A stretch of DNA of 64,000 bases from an uncultured Candidatus Saccharibacteria bacterium (GCA_964459225.1 CAYWKB010000002.1:2016-66015); one strand, 5' to 3'; shown: positions 17,972 to 27,380, counted from the stretch's first letter. Notes: generated from the letters alone by a model not told the origin. Translations and numbers: made by a program.

Positions 17972-19285
17972 TTATTGTGATAATAAATTGTCTATTCTGT
18001 TCATATCTCTTGGGAATAATGTTGCTTCTTTTACATTTGGGAGATTAAGCATACGTGCTGTGAGTCTTTCGAGCCCTGTTGATGAACCTCCATGCGGTGG
18101 CATACCGTATTTGAAGGCTTGAAGATAAAAACCGAACTTTTCTGGATCTAGTCCACGACTTTTCATCTTTTCGACTAATTCGTCATAATTATGTATTCTC
18201 TGACTTCCACTATTTATTTCTAAACCACGGAATAATAAGTCAAAACTCTTTGAAAATTCTTTATCCTTTTCATCTGCATATGTATAAAATGCTCTTTTTG
18301 ATGTTGGGAAATGTGTTATAAAAACAAAATCAGAATTATGCTCTTTTTTAGCCCATTCACATATTGCTTTTTCATGTTCTGGTTCTAGATCTGGTTCATG
18401 AGCTACTTTTAGTATATCTTGTGCTTCTCTTAGGGTAAGTACTGGAAATTTAGCTGGGACCAAAGGTAAATCAGTATTAAATTTCTTAAATACCTCAGAA
18501 TGATTTTCAATAACAGTTTTTGTTACATCTTTTAATACCTGTTCAAGTACTGCCATTGGTTCTGTATGATCCTTAATAAATCCCATTTCAAAGTCCATCT
18601 GAGTTATTTCACTCAAATGTCTTGTTGTTGCTGACTTTTCACCTCTAAATACTTTTGAAATGGTAAAAGCTCTTTCAAAAACACCTACCATTATTTGTTT
18701 ATAAAACTGAGGACTAGTAGCAAGAAATGCCTTGTGATCATAATAATAGTTAACCGAAAAGGCAGCAGCACCACCCTCCGCATCACCACCCACTAGCACT
18801 GGACTCATGAATTCCTTGAAACCTTGAGATTGAAGTGATTTCCTATATGAATCCAAGATAGTTGATTGCATAAGGAATATATCTCTTACCTTTTCATTTC
18901 TTAATGTTAGAGGAAGATTATTGAGATATGTGTCTAAGTTTAATTCAGCATTTTGATCAAATGGTAATTCTTTTGCACTACCTAATATTTCAATACCCAA
19001 AATCTCAAGTTCAATATCACCATTAACTTTATCTTTTTGAATATTTTTTTCTGGTCTTGCATTTACCTTACCATGCACCTTTACTACCCATTCAGGTCTT
19101 AACTTTACACCCACTTCATGAGCTTCTTTTGCATTTGGTAATATAACACCCTGTATCTTTCCAGTTATATCTCTGAATTCAAAAAATATAAGTTTCCCTT
19201 GATCACGTCTAATATCAACTGATCCAGAAATACTTACTTCGGTATTTAACTTTGATTTTAAGTCCTTTATATATGTTCGTTCCAT
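17972..19285 (-). CDS. aspS: Class II aspartyl/asparaginyl-tRNA synthetase, archaeal/non-discriminating AspRS-type length
   Basis: N-terminal OB fold, motif 2 (FRGEKSATTRHLSEITQMDFE) and motif 3 (GGSSTGLERL). Confidence 0.7.
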   Translation of the reverse strand: MERTYIKDLKSKLNTEVSISGSVDIRRDQGKLIFFEFRDITGKIQGVILPNAKEAHEVGVKLRPEWVVKVHGKVNARPEKNIQKDKVNGDIELEILGIEILGSAKELPFDQNAELNLDTYLNNLPLTLRNEKVRDIFLMQSTILDSYRKSLQSQGFKEFMSPVLVGGDAEGGAAAFSVNYYYDHKAFLATSPQFYKQIMVGVFERAFTISKVFRGEKSATTRHLSEITQMDFEMGFIKDHTEPMAVLEQVLKDVTKTVIENHSEVFKKFNTDLPLVPAKFPVLTLREAQDILKVAHEPDLEPEHEKAICEWAKKEHNSDFVFITHFPTSKRAFYTYADEKDKEFSKSFDLLFRGLEINSGSQRIHNYDELVEKMKSRGLDPEKFGFYLQAFKYGMPPHGGSSTGLERLTARMLNLPNVKEATLFPRDMNRIDNLLSQ

Positions 19286-19320
19286 ACTTGTTTTATATCA
19301 TTTATTGATTAAATTTGCAC

Positions 19321-20271
19321 TTATAGTACCCCAATCGCTTTTTTGACTTGTTGCATCTTTTGATTTGCTATTTCATTTGCCTTAATTGCCCCTTTTTTCA
19401 AAACTTCATTAACATAATCCATATCCTTTGCTAGTTGTGCTCTTTTATCCCTCATTGGTTTGATAAATGCATCCAAATCATCAACTAATGCATCTTTTAG
19501 TATTTTATATTTACCCTTATTATTGTCATACAAATCTTTTAATTCACCTTCTGACTTTATTAGTTTATGAATATTATAAACATTTAATGGTATATCTCCA
19601 CTTGAATCAGTAACAATACTCATTACCGCCTTTTGTATTTCATCTCTATCAGCAAAAAGAGGTATGGTATTTTTGTAACTCTTTGACATCTTTTGACCAT
19701 CAATACCTGGAACGATTGCAACATCTTTTATTATCATCTCTTCAGGTAATTTAAATACTTCTCCGAAAAGATTATTGAACTTCTGTGCTGTATCACGAGT
19801 ATATTCAACATGCTGTTTTTGATCTTGTCCCACAGGTACTATATCAGTATCGTAAAGTAAAATATCAGATGCCATGAGCATAGGATAATTAAAAGTTCCT
19901 ACACTAATCTCTTTGTCTTTTGCTTCGGCATCTTTGTATGCATGTGCACGCATAAGATATGGCATGGTAGTTATAGTATCAAATATCCAAGCAAGCTCAG
20001 TATGTGCACTAACATCACTTTGTTTAAATAGCACTGATTTTTCAGGGTGAATACCAATGGCTAAATAATCTAGAGCAAGATTAATAGTATTTTGCTGCAT
20101 TTCATCTCTGTTTTGAATAAAATTCAAAGCATGATAATCAGCAATCATAAAAAACATATTTGCATCACTAAATTGCTTTTGCAAATCTACCCATTGCTTC
20201 ATAGCACCAAAATAGTTTCCGATATGAGCAGTACCGGTTGGTTTAACACCAGAAAATAATGTCTTTTTCAT
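19321..20271 (-). CDS. trpS: Tryptophanyl-tRNA synthetase (ORF track start 20301; MKKTLFSG at 20271 is the likely start)
   Basis: HIGH-type motif TAHIGNYFG, KMSKS and a length of about 317 aa. Confidence 0.85.
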   Translation of the reverse strand: MKKTLFSGVKPTGTAHIGNYFGAMKQWVDLQKQFSDANMFFMIADYHALNFIQNRDEMQQNTINLALDYLAIGIHPEKSVLFKQSDVSAHTELAWIFDTITTMPYLMRAHAYKDAEAKDKEISVGTFNYPMLMASDILLYDTDIVPVGQDQKQHVEYTRDTAQKFNNLFGEVFKLPEEMIIKDVAIVPGIDGQKMSKSYKNTIPLFADRDEIQKAVMSIVTDSSGDIPLNVYNIHKLIKSEGELKDLYDNNKGKYKILKDALVDDLDAFIKPMRDKRAQLAKDMDYVNEVLKKGAIKANEIANQKMQQVKKAIGVL

Positions 20272-20640
20272 GTTTACTATATTAACATAAAATTGAGGCA
20301 AATAAATAGGTGTTCATTTATTTATTCAATACAATTAAATATAACCCATTAATATTTGACATGATTTCTTTATCGTGCTATTCTTTAGATGGTAAATTTT
20401 CACAAAAAGGTCATTCTATGATATATATACCTGCAGCGTGTGGTGCACTTGGTGTCTGTGGAGCAGTGGCATTTGCGATCTATGCAACGAAAAATCCATT
20501 TTGCCTACTAGGCCTTATTTTCCTTCTCACTATACATTTTCCTGGAGAAAAAAATAGGTAATTATAGCCTACCAATGAAACAGATTACCCTCTGTCTTCG
20601 GATGGTGGGTTTTTTGTTATATGAGAATAAACCCTAACAC

Positions 20641-21051
20641 CTACATCTTCAAATACCCATCATTACTTGTCTCATCCATAGCATCAATTGACCGGTAATC
20701 AACAGTTATTTCTTCTCCTATTTGAATATCCCTAGTAGCAATAGTACAAATTTCTGCATCGCCGTCAGATAATTTCTCATCTTCTGCAATATTTGGACTA
20801 GTTGAATGATTCGTGAACCTTGTATTATCTATAGAATACACATACATACCACTCTTTTTTGAAAGATAAGCAAAATGAATTATTAAATCCTTCTGTAAAT
20901 CTGACATTTTTTCTACCTCATTTGGTTCAAAATAAATATCAAACTTCGGATTAAATTTCCAAGTCACAGTACCTTTTGAAATAAACTGATCTGCAAATAG
21001 TCCAATACCTTCAATTTTACTTTGACCTATCTTGGTTTTGACTACTAGCAT
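20641..21051 (-). CDS. SET-domain protein (putative protein-lysine methyltransferase)
   Basis: GIGLFA, NHSTSPN (NHSCxPN-like) and EEITVDY motifs in 136 aa. Confidence 0.7.
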   Translation of the reverse strand: MLVVKTKIGQSKIEGIGLFADQFISKGTVTWKFNPKFDIYFEPNEVEKMSDLQKDLIIHFAYLSKKSGMYVYSIDNTRFTNHSTSPNIAEDEKLSDGDAEICTIATRDIQIGEEITVDYRSIDAMDETSNDGYLKM

Positions 21052-21106
21052 TGGTTTATTGTAGCAGAATTTTTCCTAAATCTTAAACTCTATGAGACCT
21101 CCGTCT

Positions 21107-21331
21107 TTATAAAGTCAAAACCCCACCTCCGTTTTGCGAAGATGGGGTTTTAAGTGCACCTCCTAACCCAATGAGTAGGCCTCCTAGAGCCACAAGAACT
21201 ACTGCAACACTAAAGATTGTGAATGACTCGTCTGGATTTTTTGTGAAAACACCGTATATAAACGAGACAATACCCAAAAGCATTAGAATGGAGCCAATGA
21301 TGACTAGCAAGATAACTAAATTATTTATCAT
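21107..21331 (-). CDS. Hypothetical small membrane protein (74 aa)
   Basis: Two hydrophobic helices. The 3' end overlaps a hairpin, so the gene model is uncertain. Confidence 0.3.
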   Translation of the reverse strand: MINNLVILLVIIGSILMLLGIVSFIYGVFTKNPDESFTIFSVAVVLVALGGLLIGLGGALKTPSSQNGGGVLTL

Positions 21332-21432
21332 AACTATTTCTCCTAAAATAACCTTAATAAATCATCTTTGTTTTGTCAATATAACTAAATCCTATACTCT
21401 ATATTATTTATCGATCTTTTTAATTAATTATC

Positions 21433-21538
21433 AACAAAAGTATTAGCTTATTACGGGTACGGAAATTCAGTGCTCTGAATTTCCTGAAGATCTCGCGCCG
21501 ACGCGCTCGATACCCCTACATAAGCTAATACTTTTGTT
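21433..21538. repeat. 106-bp element with perfect 19-bp terminal inverted repeats and an internal 10-bp hairpin (MITE-like, or a complex terminator), ending 3 nt before the dnaJ stop
   Basis: Arms aacaaaagtattagcttat (21433-21451) and ataagctaatacttttgtt (21520-21538). Internal hairpin ggaaattcag-tgct-ctgaatttcc plus a GC-rich gcgccgacgcgc segment in an AT-rich context. Confidence 0.5.
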
Positions 21539-21540
21539 AT

Positions 21541-22401
21541 TTATAACCCCTCCTTCTTCAACTCCTCAATTAATTTCTGTGCAGACTTTGATACTTTCCT
21601 AGGCATATTTACTTTTGTAACAATCAAAATATCACCTCTCTTTCCCCTACCATCTGGAACTCCTTTTCCTTTTATTCTTAATATTTCATTATGAGTAGTT
21701 CCTGCTGGGATTTTTAATTCAATCTTTCCATCAAGTGTTTCAATTTCGATAGTTGATCCCAAAAGTGCAGTTGTTAACTTTAAATCTAATTCCATTATGA
21801 GATTAAATCCTTCTTTTCTAAATATTTTATGATCTTCCACCCAAACTCTAACAATGAGATCACCCTTTCCTGCTGGACCATCTTCACCTTTTCCTTGAAC
21901 TCTTAATCCCTGACCATTTTCAATACCTGGCGGAATGGTTATAACTAATTTATCCCTATTTACTGTTATTTCTTTTTCAATTCCAAAAACTGATTCCTTA
22001 AATGTAAGCTGTACATCGATAGTTATATTTGCACCTCTTTTTGGTCTCCTACTTCCACCACCGAAAAATTCACCAAAAATATCACCCAAATCAAATTCAA
22101 ATGATTGACCATTTTGTCCTTGATATTGTCTTGCAAATCCAGAAAAATCAAAACCTCCCGCACCGAAACCACCTTGACCACCACCAAATCCCTGAGGACC
22201 AGCAGAACCAAATGTATCATATTGCTTGCGTTTATTGTCATCTGACAAAGTGGAGTATGCCTCGTTTATTTCCTTAAATTTAGCATCATTGCCGTTATTT
22301 TTATCAGGATGATGTTCATGAGCAAGCTTTCTAAAAGCTTTTTTTATATCGTCTTTTGAAGCGTTTTTATCAACGCCTAGTGTTTTATAATAGTCTTTCA
22401 T
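21541..22401 (-). CDS. dnaJ: DnaJ-family co-chaperone without the zinc-finger domain (CbpA/type II DnaJ-like)
   Basis: J domain with HPDKN, a G/F-rich linker and a C-terminal substrate-binding domain. No CxxCxGxG repeats. Confidence 0.8.
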   Translation of the reverse strand: MKDYYKTLGVDKNASKDDIKKAFRKLAHEHHPDKNNGNDAKFKEINEAYSTLSDDNKRKQYDTFGSAGPQGFGGGQGGFGAGGFDFSGFARQYQGQNGQSFEFDLGDIFGEFFGGGSRRPKRGANITIDVQLTFKESVFGIEKEITVNRDKLVITIPPGIENGQGLRVQGKGEDGPAGKGDLIVRVWVEDHKIFRKEGFNLIMELDLKLTTALLGSTIEIETLDGKIELKIPAGTTHNEILRIKGKGVPDGRGKRGDILIVTKVNMPRKVSKSAQKLIEELKKEGL

Positions 22402-22440
22402 TGGAATTAAATAATAGCAGAATGAAAGGGTTTGTTTATA

Positions 22441-22468
22441 TTGACTTTATATATTTTTATGATATAAA
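22441..22468 (+). promoter_or_regulatory. Sigma-70-like promoter (TTGACT-16-TATAAA) for ORF 22506..22784
   Basis: Near-consensus hexamers by direct reading. Confidence 0.4.
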
Positions 22469-22505
22469 GTATGAAGACAAACACAGGCAATAAACCTTAG
22501 TTGTT

Positions 22506-22784
22506 ATGAGAGTAATATTTCAATATAACATTAAAAGATTAGGTCTTACCGCCAATTATCAAATGTCAATTCCGAATGACTACATACCAAGAAAGGGTAT
22601 GTACCTAGAATTCAGTAAACTTGGTATAAAGTTTAAAACAAGAAAAGTGCAGTACTATCGTGAAAACACCAGTGATAATTTCATTGCGGTTGCCGACATG
22701 ACATTAATCGATCAAGGGGGCAAAAACATTGATCAGATGTGTATGGTATTCGCTACATGCGGATGGAATGTTACTAGGCAATAG
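22506..22784 (+). CDS. Hypothetical small protein (92 aa), GC-elevated, with its own promoter and a strong GC-rich terminator (22802-22835)
   Basis: ATG ORF. The terminator is gaaagccggtatcctctcgcaggacaccggcttc plus a T-run. It is inserted between dnaJ and dnaK on the opposite strand. Confidence 0.4.
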   Translation: MRVIFQYNIKRLGLTANYQMSIPNDYIPRKGMYLEFSKLGIKFKTRKVQYYRENTSDNFIAVADMTLIDQGGKNIDQMCMVFATCGWNVTRQ

Positions 22785-22866
22785 AATTTCATACGTAACA
22801 CGAAAGCCGGTATCCTCTCGCAGGACACCGGCTTCGATTTTTATATTTTATTTTTACTTTCTTTAT

Positions 22867-24768
22867 CTATTTCTTCTCCTTAAACTCCGCATCTTTTACA
22901 TCTCCTTCAGTACCCTTTTGCTCACCCGCCCCTCCTGTTGGTGGAGTTTGGCTTGCTTGTTCGGCTTGTGCTTTTGATAGTATTTCACCAATCTTTGAGA
23001 GTTCACTTGAGAGTGCTTCTGTAACCTTTTTTAATTGTGCCAAATCTGTACCTTCTTTTGCTGTCTTTACATCAACAATCTTGTCTTCAATTGATTTACG
23101 TAGATCTGCTGGAACTTTGTCTCCTGCATTCTTCAAAGACTTTTCTGAAGTATGTATGAGTTGTTCCGCCATGTTTTTTGCCTCTACCATTTCCTTTTTC
23201 TTGGCATCTTCGGCAGCATTCATTTCTGCATCTCTTTTCATTTTTTCTACTTCTTCTTTTGAAAGACCTGAACTTGCTGTGATTTTGATACTATTTGCCT
23301 TACCTGTTGCTTTATCTTTTGCTGTAACTGAAAGTATTCCGTTTGCATCTAGATCAAATGTCACCTCAACTTGTGGCATACCACGTGGAGCTGGAGCAAT
23401 ACCGTCCAATATAAACCTTCCCAATGACTTATTATCACTTGCCATTGCGCGTTCACCCTGTGTTATGTGAATTTCTACTGAGGTTTGATTATCAGCTGCT
23501 GTAGAGAATATTTGAGACTTTTGGGTAGGTATTGTTGTGTTCTTTTCTATTAATTTTGTTGCAACTCCTCCCATTGTTTCAATAGAAAGTGAAAGAGGGG
23601 TAACATCAAGAAGTAGCACTCCTTTAACATCTCCCGCCAATATTCCACCTTGTATAGCAGCGCCCACCGCAACCACTTCGTCTGGATTTACACCTAGATG
23701 CAATTCCTTTCCGAAGAAATCCTTAACAGCTTTTTGCATAGCTGGCATGCGTGTCTGTCCTCCGACTAATATCACTTCATTTATATCAGTAATTTTAAAT
23801 GGAGAAGCATTCATAGCCCGCTTTGTTATTTCCATTGCACGATCAATGAATTCTCTTGTTAGCTCCTCAAGCTTTGCTCTTGTCATTGTTACAAGTAAAT
23901 GCTTTGGGCCATCAGCACCTGAAGTTAGGAATGGAATATTAACTTCAGTTTGCATTGCTGTTGAAAGTTCAATCTTTGCTTTTTCTGCTGCTTCATCAAG
24001 TCTTTGTAATGCGAGCGCATCTTTTCTCACATCTATTCCCTCCTGCTTTTTGAATTCCTCTGCAAGCCAATTTATAATTTTCTGATCAATATCCTTACCT
24101 CCAAGATGTGCATCTCCGTCTGTTGATTTTACTTCTACAACATCATCCCCAACTTCGAGTACAGAAATATCAAATGTTCCTCCACCGAAGTCAAAGACTA
24201 CGATCTTTTCATCCTTTTTCTTATCGAATCCATAGGCAAGTGCTGCTGCTGTTGGTTCATTTATTATTCTTTTTACATCTAATCCTGCTATTTTACCTGC
24301 ATCCTTTGTTGCTTGTCTTTGTGCATCGTTAAAGTATGCTGGAACGGTAATAACTGCTTCAGTAACAGGTTCACCGAGACGTGCTTCTGCATCTGCTTTC
24401 ATTTTTCCTAGTATCATTGCAGAGATTTCTTCTGGTCTATACCATTTGTCACCCATTTTAACTTCAATTCCTCCTGATGCTGATTTTTGCATTTCAAAAG
24501 GCACTGATGATCTATCCTTTTGTACTGCTGGATCATCGAAATTGTGACCGATAAATCTCTTTATCTGATAAATTGTATTTTTTGGATTTGTAACTCCCTG
24601 ACGCTTTGCAAGAAGACCCACCATTCTTTCCCCTGTTTTTGATAGGGCGATAATAGATGGAGTAGTTCTCGCACCTTCTGCATTTTCTAATATTTTTGGA
24701 GTACCTGCTTCCATCACTGCAACTGCAGAGTTGGTAGTACCCAAGTCGATTCCTATTATTTTAGACAT
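22867..24768 (-). CDS. dnaK: Chaperone DnaK (Hsp70)
   Basis: [18 protein letters not shown] and the overall Hsp70 architecture, 633 aa. Confidence 0.95.
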   Translation of the reverse strand: MSKIIGIDLGTTNSAVAVMEAGTPKILENAEGARTTPSIIALSKTGERMVGLLAKRQGVTNPKNTIYQIKRFIGHNFDDPAVQKDRSSVPFEMQKSASGGIEVKMGDKWYRPEEISAMILGKMKADAEARLGEPVTEAVITVPAYFNDAQRQATKDAGKIAGLDVKRIINEPTAAALAYGFDKKKDEKIVVFDFGGGTFDISVLEVGDDVVEVKSTDGDAHLGGKDIDQKIINWLAEEFKKQEGIDVRKDALALQRLDEAAEKAKIELSTAMQTEVNIPFLTSGADGPKHLLVTMTRAKLEELTREFIDRAMEITKRAMNASPFKITDINEVILVGGQTRMPAMQKAVKDFFGKELHLGVNPDEVVAVGAAIQGGILAGDVKGVLLLDVTPLSLSIETMGGVATKLIEKNTTIPTQKSQIFSTAADNQTSVEIHITQGERAMASDNKSLGRFILDGIAPAPRGMPQVEVTFDLDANGILSVTAKDKATGKANSIKITASSGLSKEEVEKMKRDAEMNAAEDAKKKEMVEAKNMAEQLIHTSEKSLKNAGDKVPADLRKSIEDKIVDVKTAKEGTDLAQLKKVTEALSSELSKIGEILSKAQAEQASQTPPTGGAGEQKGTEGDVKDAEFKEKK

Positions 24769-24802
24769 GTGTTTTTTGTTAATTTCTTAATAATTTTAAA
24801 GC

Positions 24803-24831
24803 TTGACAAGTTAGTCATTAAGGTATATAAT
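24803..24831 (+). promoter_or_regulatory. Consensus sigma-70 promoter TTGACA-17-TATAAT
   Basis: ttgaca agttagtcattaaggta tataat, perfect hexamers with a 17-nt spacer, 35 nt upstream of ORF 24866..25147. Confidence 0.55.
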
Positions 24832-24865
24832 ATTAACATATTAGATCATTAAGAAAAGTTGGATT

Positions 24866-25147
24866 GTGAGAGTAAGGAATCGCAAGGTAATCACGCTTTG
24901 TATCCTTTCAAACCACAATTCAATTATGAGTTTTGAACAATTTCCCACACTCTTTAACGATGGAAAAGTGCGAATCTTCAAGAATCACTGCAATGAGATA
25001 TTTATTGAGGATTGTAAGACGAAAGCACAAATACGTCTTAATCAGCACCCACAAAATGGTCTACAGTTTACAGCTTCTTGCTGTGTCGTGGAACCGGAAG
25101 TGATTGGTCAAATGGTGGGCTGGAAAATCTATCAGCGAAAAAGGTAG
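24866..25147 (+). CDS. Hypothetical small protein (93 aa from GTG, or 73 aa from ATG 24926 MSFEQFP...), GC-elevated, with a consensus promoter and a terminator-like hairpin
   Basis: Open frame between dnaK and the grpE-proximal ORF on the opposite strand. The N-terminus M-x-x-EQF and a later HPxxNGxLxF motif resemble island ORF 7575..7823 (weak). Confidence 0.4.
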   Translation: MRVRNRKVITLCILSNHNSIMSFEQFPTLFNDGKVRIFKNHCNEIFIEDCKTKAQIRLNQHPQNGLQFTASCCVVEPEVIGQMVGWKIYQRKR

Positions 25148-25263
25148 TGTCACTTTCGAGTGTTGTATGGAACCTCGAAAACTCGTAGCGATACGGGTTT
25201 TTCTTTTATCTAATTTGTTAATTTTAATGAACTAGAAACTTACTTAATAAAACCCACAGCAAA

Positions 25264-25566
25264 CTATAGAGCAATAGCCGGTGCCCTTGTTGGTTGACTC
25301 ATTAAGAATTCTAAAGAAAAATATGGAGATATTTTTTTAATAAAATTTGGAACAGTGTCTTCAACGATAACTTTTTCAGTATTTAAAATAGGTAAACAAA
25401 CTGCCTCTTTATTTTCAGAGACAATAGGAGTAATAGAAATAACTTGTGGTTGGAATTTACCATTGATTTCAACAACAGTAAAACGCACACGCATCAAAAC
25501 ACCGTTTTTATCGCGCAGTATTCTCTCAAAGATACTATTCAATTGTTTGTTCTGAATAGTTAACAT
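25264..25566 (-). CDS. Hypothetical protein (100 aa) between grpE and dnaK
   Basis: Open frame in the same orientation as the heat-shock genes. No family recognised. Confidence 0.4.
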   Translation of the reverse strand: MLTIQNKQLNSIFERILRDKNGVLMRVRFTVVEINGKFQPQVISITPIVSENKEAVCLPILNTEKVIVEDTVPNFIKKISPYFSLEFLMSQPTRAPAIAL

Positions 25567-25736
25567 ACTAGTATTATATTGTATTTTATGATTTTGTCCA
25601 TTGATATATATGCCAGCTTTTATAGTATTCAGAAATGAAATCTTGATAAAATTTTCATTATTATTTTATCAAAATTTTATTTGGATTTTATCGAATAGTT
25701 ATATTATGTATTTACGAAAGATTAAAGTCTTTCGAT

Positions 25737-25805
25737 GGGCTCGGGATGGTTTCGATTAAATGCTTCATCAACATTTGATTATGGGTTCAATTCCCATCGA
25801 GTCCA
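25737..25805 (+). other. tRNA-like element: canonical acceptor stem and T-arm, but non-canonical D and anticodon regions (degenerate tRNA, tRNA-derived att remnant or another tRNA-like RNA)
   Basis: Acceptor GGGCTCG/CGAGTCC plus discriminator A, T-arm ATGGG-TTCAATT-CCCAT. The middle 37 nt do not fold into a standard D/anticodon pair. The best anticodon-like loop is TTCATCA (CAT). It is preceded by hairpin cgaaaga-ttaaag-tctttcg (25715-25734). Confidence 0.3.
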
Positions 25806-25887
25806 TTAAATAATTGACAAATATAACAAATTAGAATTATAATTAATATGTCGTTAATCGACTGGTGGACAGAGCAACTAGATGAAA

Positions 25888-25910
25888 TAAAACCCCTTTA
25901 TCGGGGTTTT
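25888..25910. terminator. Hairpin terminator just downstream of the grpE stop
   Basis: aaaacccc-tttatc-ggggtttt. Confidence 0.65.
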
Positions 25911-25911
25911 A

Positions 25912-26454
25912 TTATTTCTTCTCCCCCACCTTAACCTTCGGTGCCTTTAACACTTTTCCATTCAATTCATAACCCTTCTGAACAACTGTAGTAACTAGAT
26001 TACTTTCCTTACCATCTTCTATCGCCTCATCTCTCATTGGATCAAATGCTTTTCCTATTGGATCTATTTCCTTTAAACCGAAATCATTTAAAACCTTCAA
26101 TAATTGATTTGAAATATACTCTATACCTACTCTCCAGTTTTTATCTACCTTTTCCCATACCTCTTTATTCCCCATTGCCATATTGAAACTATCAAGAACT
26201 GGTATTAATTCACTAATTAGATTTTCATTTGAAAAACGCGCAAAATCCTTTTGTGCTTCTTGATCACGTTTACGTGCATTTATAAATTCTGCTTTATCTT
26301 TCTGCCAAGAATTCAGATATTCTTGTTTTTCTGCAATTGCTTGCTTTAATTTTTCTTTAAGATTTTTTATTGCATCCTGTGAATTTTCTTCTACAATTAC
26401 AGAATCATCAATATTTTCATCCTTTTCAATTTTAATATCATTATCTTCGTTCAT
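25912..26454 (-). CDS. grpE: Nucleotide exchange factor GrpE
   Basis: Coiled-coil N-terminal half, then LIPVLDSFNMA and GKAFDPMRDEAI ... VQKGYELNGKVLKAPKVKV. Confidence 0.85.
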   Translation of the reverse strand: MNEDNDIKIEKDENIDDSVIVEENSQDAIKNLKEKLKQAIAEKQEYLNSWQKDKAEFINARKRDQEAQKDFARFSNENLISELIPVLDSFNMAMGNKEVWEKVDKNWRVGIEYISNQLLKVLNDFGLKEIDPIGKAFDPMRDEAIEDGKESNLVTTVVQKGYELNGKVLKAPKVKVGEKK

Positions 26455-26495
26455 ATATAGATTATATTATATAAACTTATATTGTGTAAAATCTA

Positions 26496-26573
26496 GGTTC
26501 GACACGGTGAGGAAGACTTTTATTTTGAGCTTGCTCACAAATAAAAGTGCTTACGAACGCAAGTCGGCGAACC
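26496..26573 (-). promoter_or_regulatory. Nested hairpin structure in the rpsI-grpE intergenic region
   Basis: Outer stem ggttcg/cgaacc. Inner 13-bp stem cttttattttgag / ctcacaaataaaag with one bulge. It does not match the CIRCE consensus. Confidence 0.35.
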
Positions 26574-26584
26574 AGATTTTACTA

Positions 26585-26998
26585 TTATCTCTTAGACCAC
26601 TGAGGTGACTTACGAGCCTTCTTCAATCCGAACTTACGTCTTTCCTTTGCTCTTGGATCTCTCTTTAGGAATCCTGCCTTTTTTAGTTTTCCTCTTAGCT
26701 CTTTATCCCAGTCTATAAGTGCACGTGCTATACCATGTCTTACTGATTCTGCTTGACCGTTTATACCACCACCCTTTACAACAACTGTTATTTTAAATTT
26801 TGTCTCTGTTAAATTAGATTTTGTATATGCTTCATATACTGTTTCGATTAATTCTTTAACAAGAAAATAATCTTCAACAGTTTTGCCATTTATATCATAT
26901 GACATCTTTGCGCTTGGAGTTATACGAACACGAGCTGTAGAAGTCTTTCTACGTCCTATAGCTTCAATGTATTTATCTGTTGTTTTGATTGCTGTCAT
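26585..26998 (-). CDS. rpsI: 30S ribosomal protein S9
   Basis: C-terminal GGGINGQAESVRHGIARAL...KFGLKKARKSPQWSKR. Confidence 0.9.
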   Translation of the reverse strand: MTAIKTTDKYIEAIGRRKTSTARVRITPSAKMSYDINGKTVEDYFLVKELIETVYEAYTKSNLTETKFKITVVVKGGGINGQAESVRHGIARALIDWDKELRGKLKKAGFLKRDPRAKERRKFGLKKARKSPQWSKR

Positions 26999-27008
26999 AT
27001 TAATAAAA

Positions 27009-27380
27009 TTAATCTGTAATTGTTAAATTTTTCATCATTTGCTTTCTTAATGTATTTGAAGGAAGCATTCTGTATACTGCTCTTTCAAAAGCCTCCTTTG
27101 CGCCCTTTCTTTCGATAAGATGAGCTAGAGTTTCTGTATATAGTCCTCCTCTAAATCCTGTGAAAGTTACGTATTCCTTTCCATTTAATTTTTTGATATC
27201 AAAAGAAGCCTTACTTGTATTTATTATCTTTACTGGTACTCCGCAAACTTTATTCCTTACGTAGTTTACATTTCTCTTTCCACTCAAAAAGCTTGCTGCT
27301 TCACTTGCAACTCTTCCCATTTTCTTTCCTGATGCATCAATTGTAATCATTGTGTTTGTCATAATATTATACGAATTCAA
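27009..27380 (-). CDS. rplM: 50S ribosomal protein L13
   Basis: IDASGKKMGRVASEAA...AVYRMLP pattern. The real start is probably a few codons inside the ORF (overlap with rplQ). Confidence 0.85.
   Translation of the reverse strand: MNSYNIMTNTMITIDASGKKMGRVASEAASFLSGKRNVNYVRNKVCGVPVKIINTSKASFDIKKLNGKEYVTFTGFRGGLYTETLAHLIERKGAKEAFERAVYRMLPSNTLRKQMMKNLTITD

Noticed and set aside
20310-20561. 83-aa plus-strand ORF between trpS and the SET-domain gene as a confident gene
   Set aside because: Only the C-terminal 47 aa (from MIYIPAAC) look like a coherent small membrane peptide with a weak RBS. There is no clear promoter or terminator, so it is not listed as a feature.
21107-21150. Terminator-like hairpin aaaaccccacctccg...cgaagatggggtttt near 21118-21150
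   Set aside because: It falls inside the 3' end of the small ORF 21107..21331 and lacks a clear T-run in the right orientation for neighbouring genes. It may simply be coding sequence.
23081-24332. Three plus-strand ORFs (23081..23470, 23537..24085, 24108..24332) inside dnaK
   Set aside because: Antisense to the highly conserved dnaK coding region. Ser/Ala-rich artefactual translations.
25737-25805. tmRNA (ssrA) interpretation of the tRNA-like element
   Set aside because: Only 69 nt lie between the acceptor halves. There is no tag-peptide reading frame or pseudoknot region. A two-piece tmRNA cannot be excluded but is unsupported.
26490-26580. Possible CIRCE/HrcA operator upstream of grpE
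   Set aside because: The inverted repeat there does not match TTAGCACTC-N9-GAGTGCTAA on either strand. No hrcA gene is present in the window. Kept only as a generic structured element.
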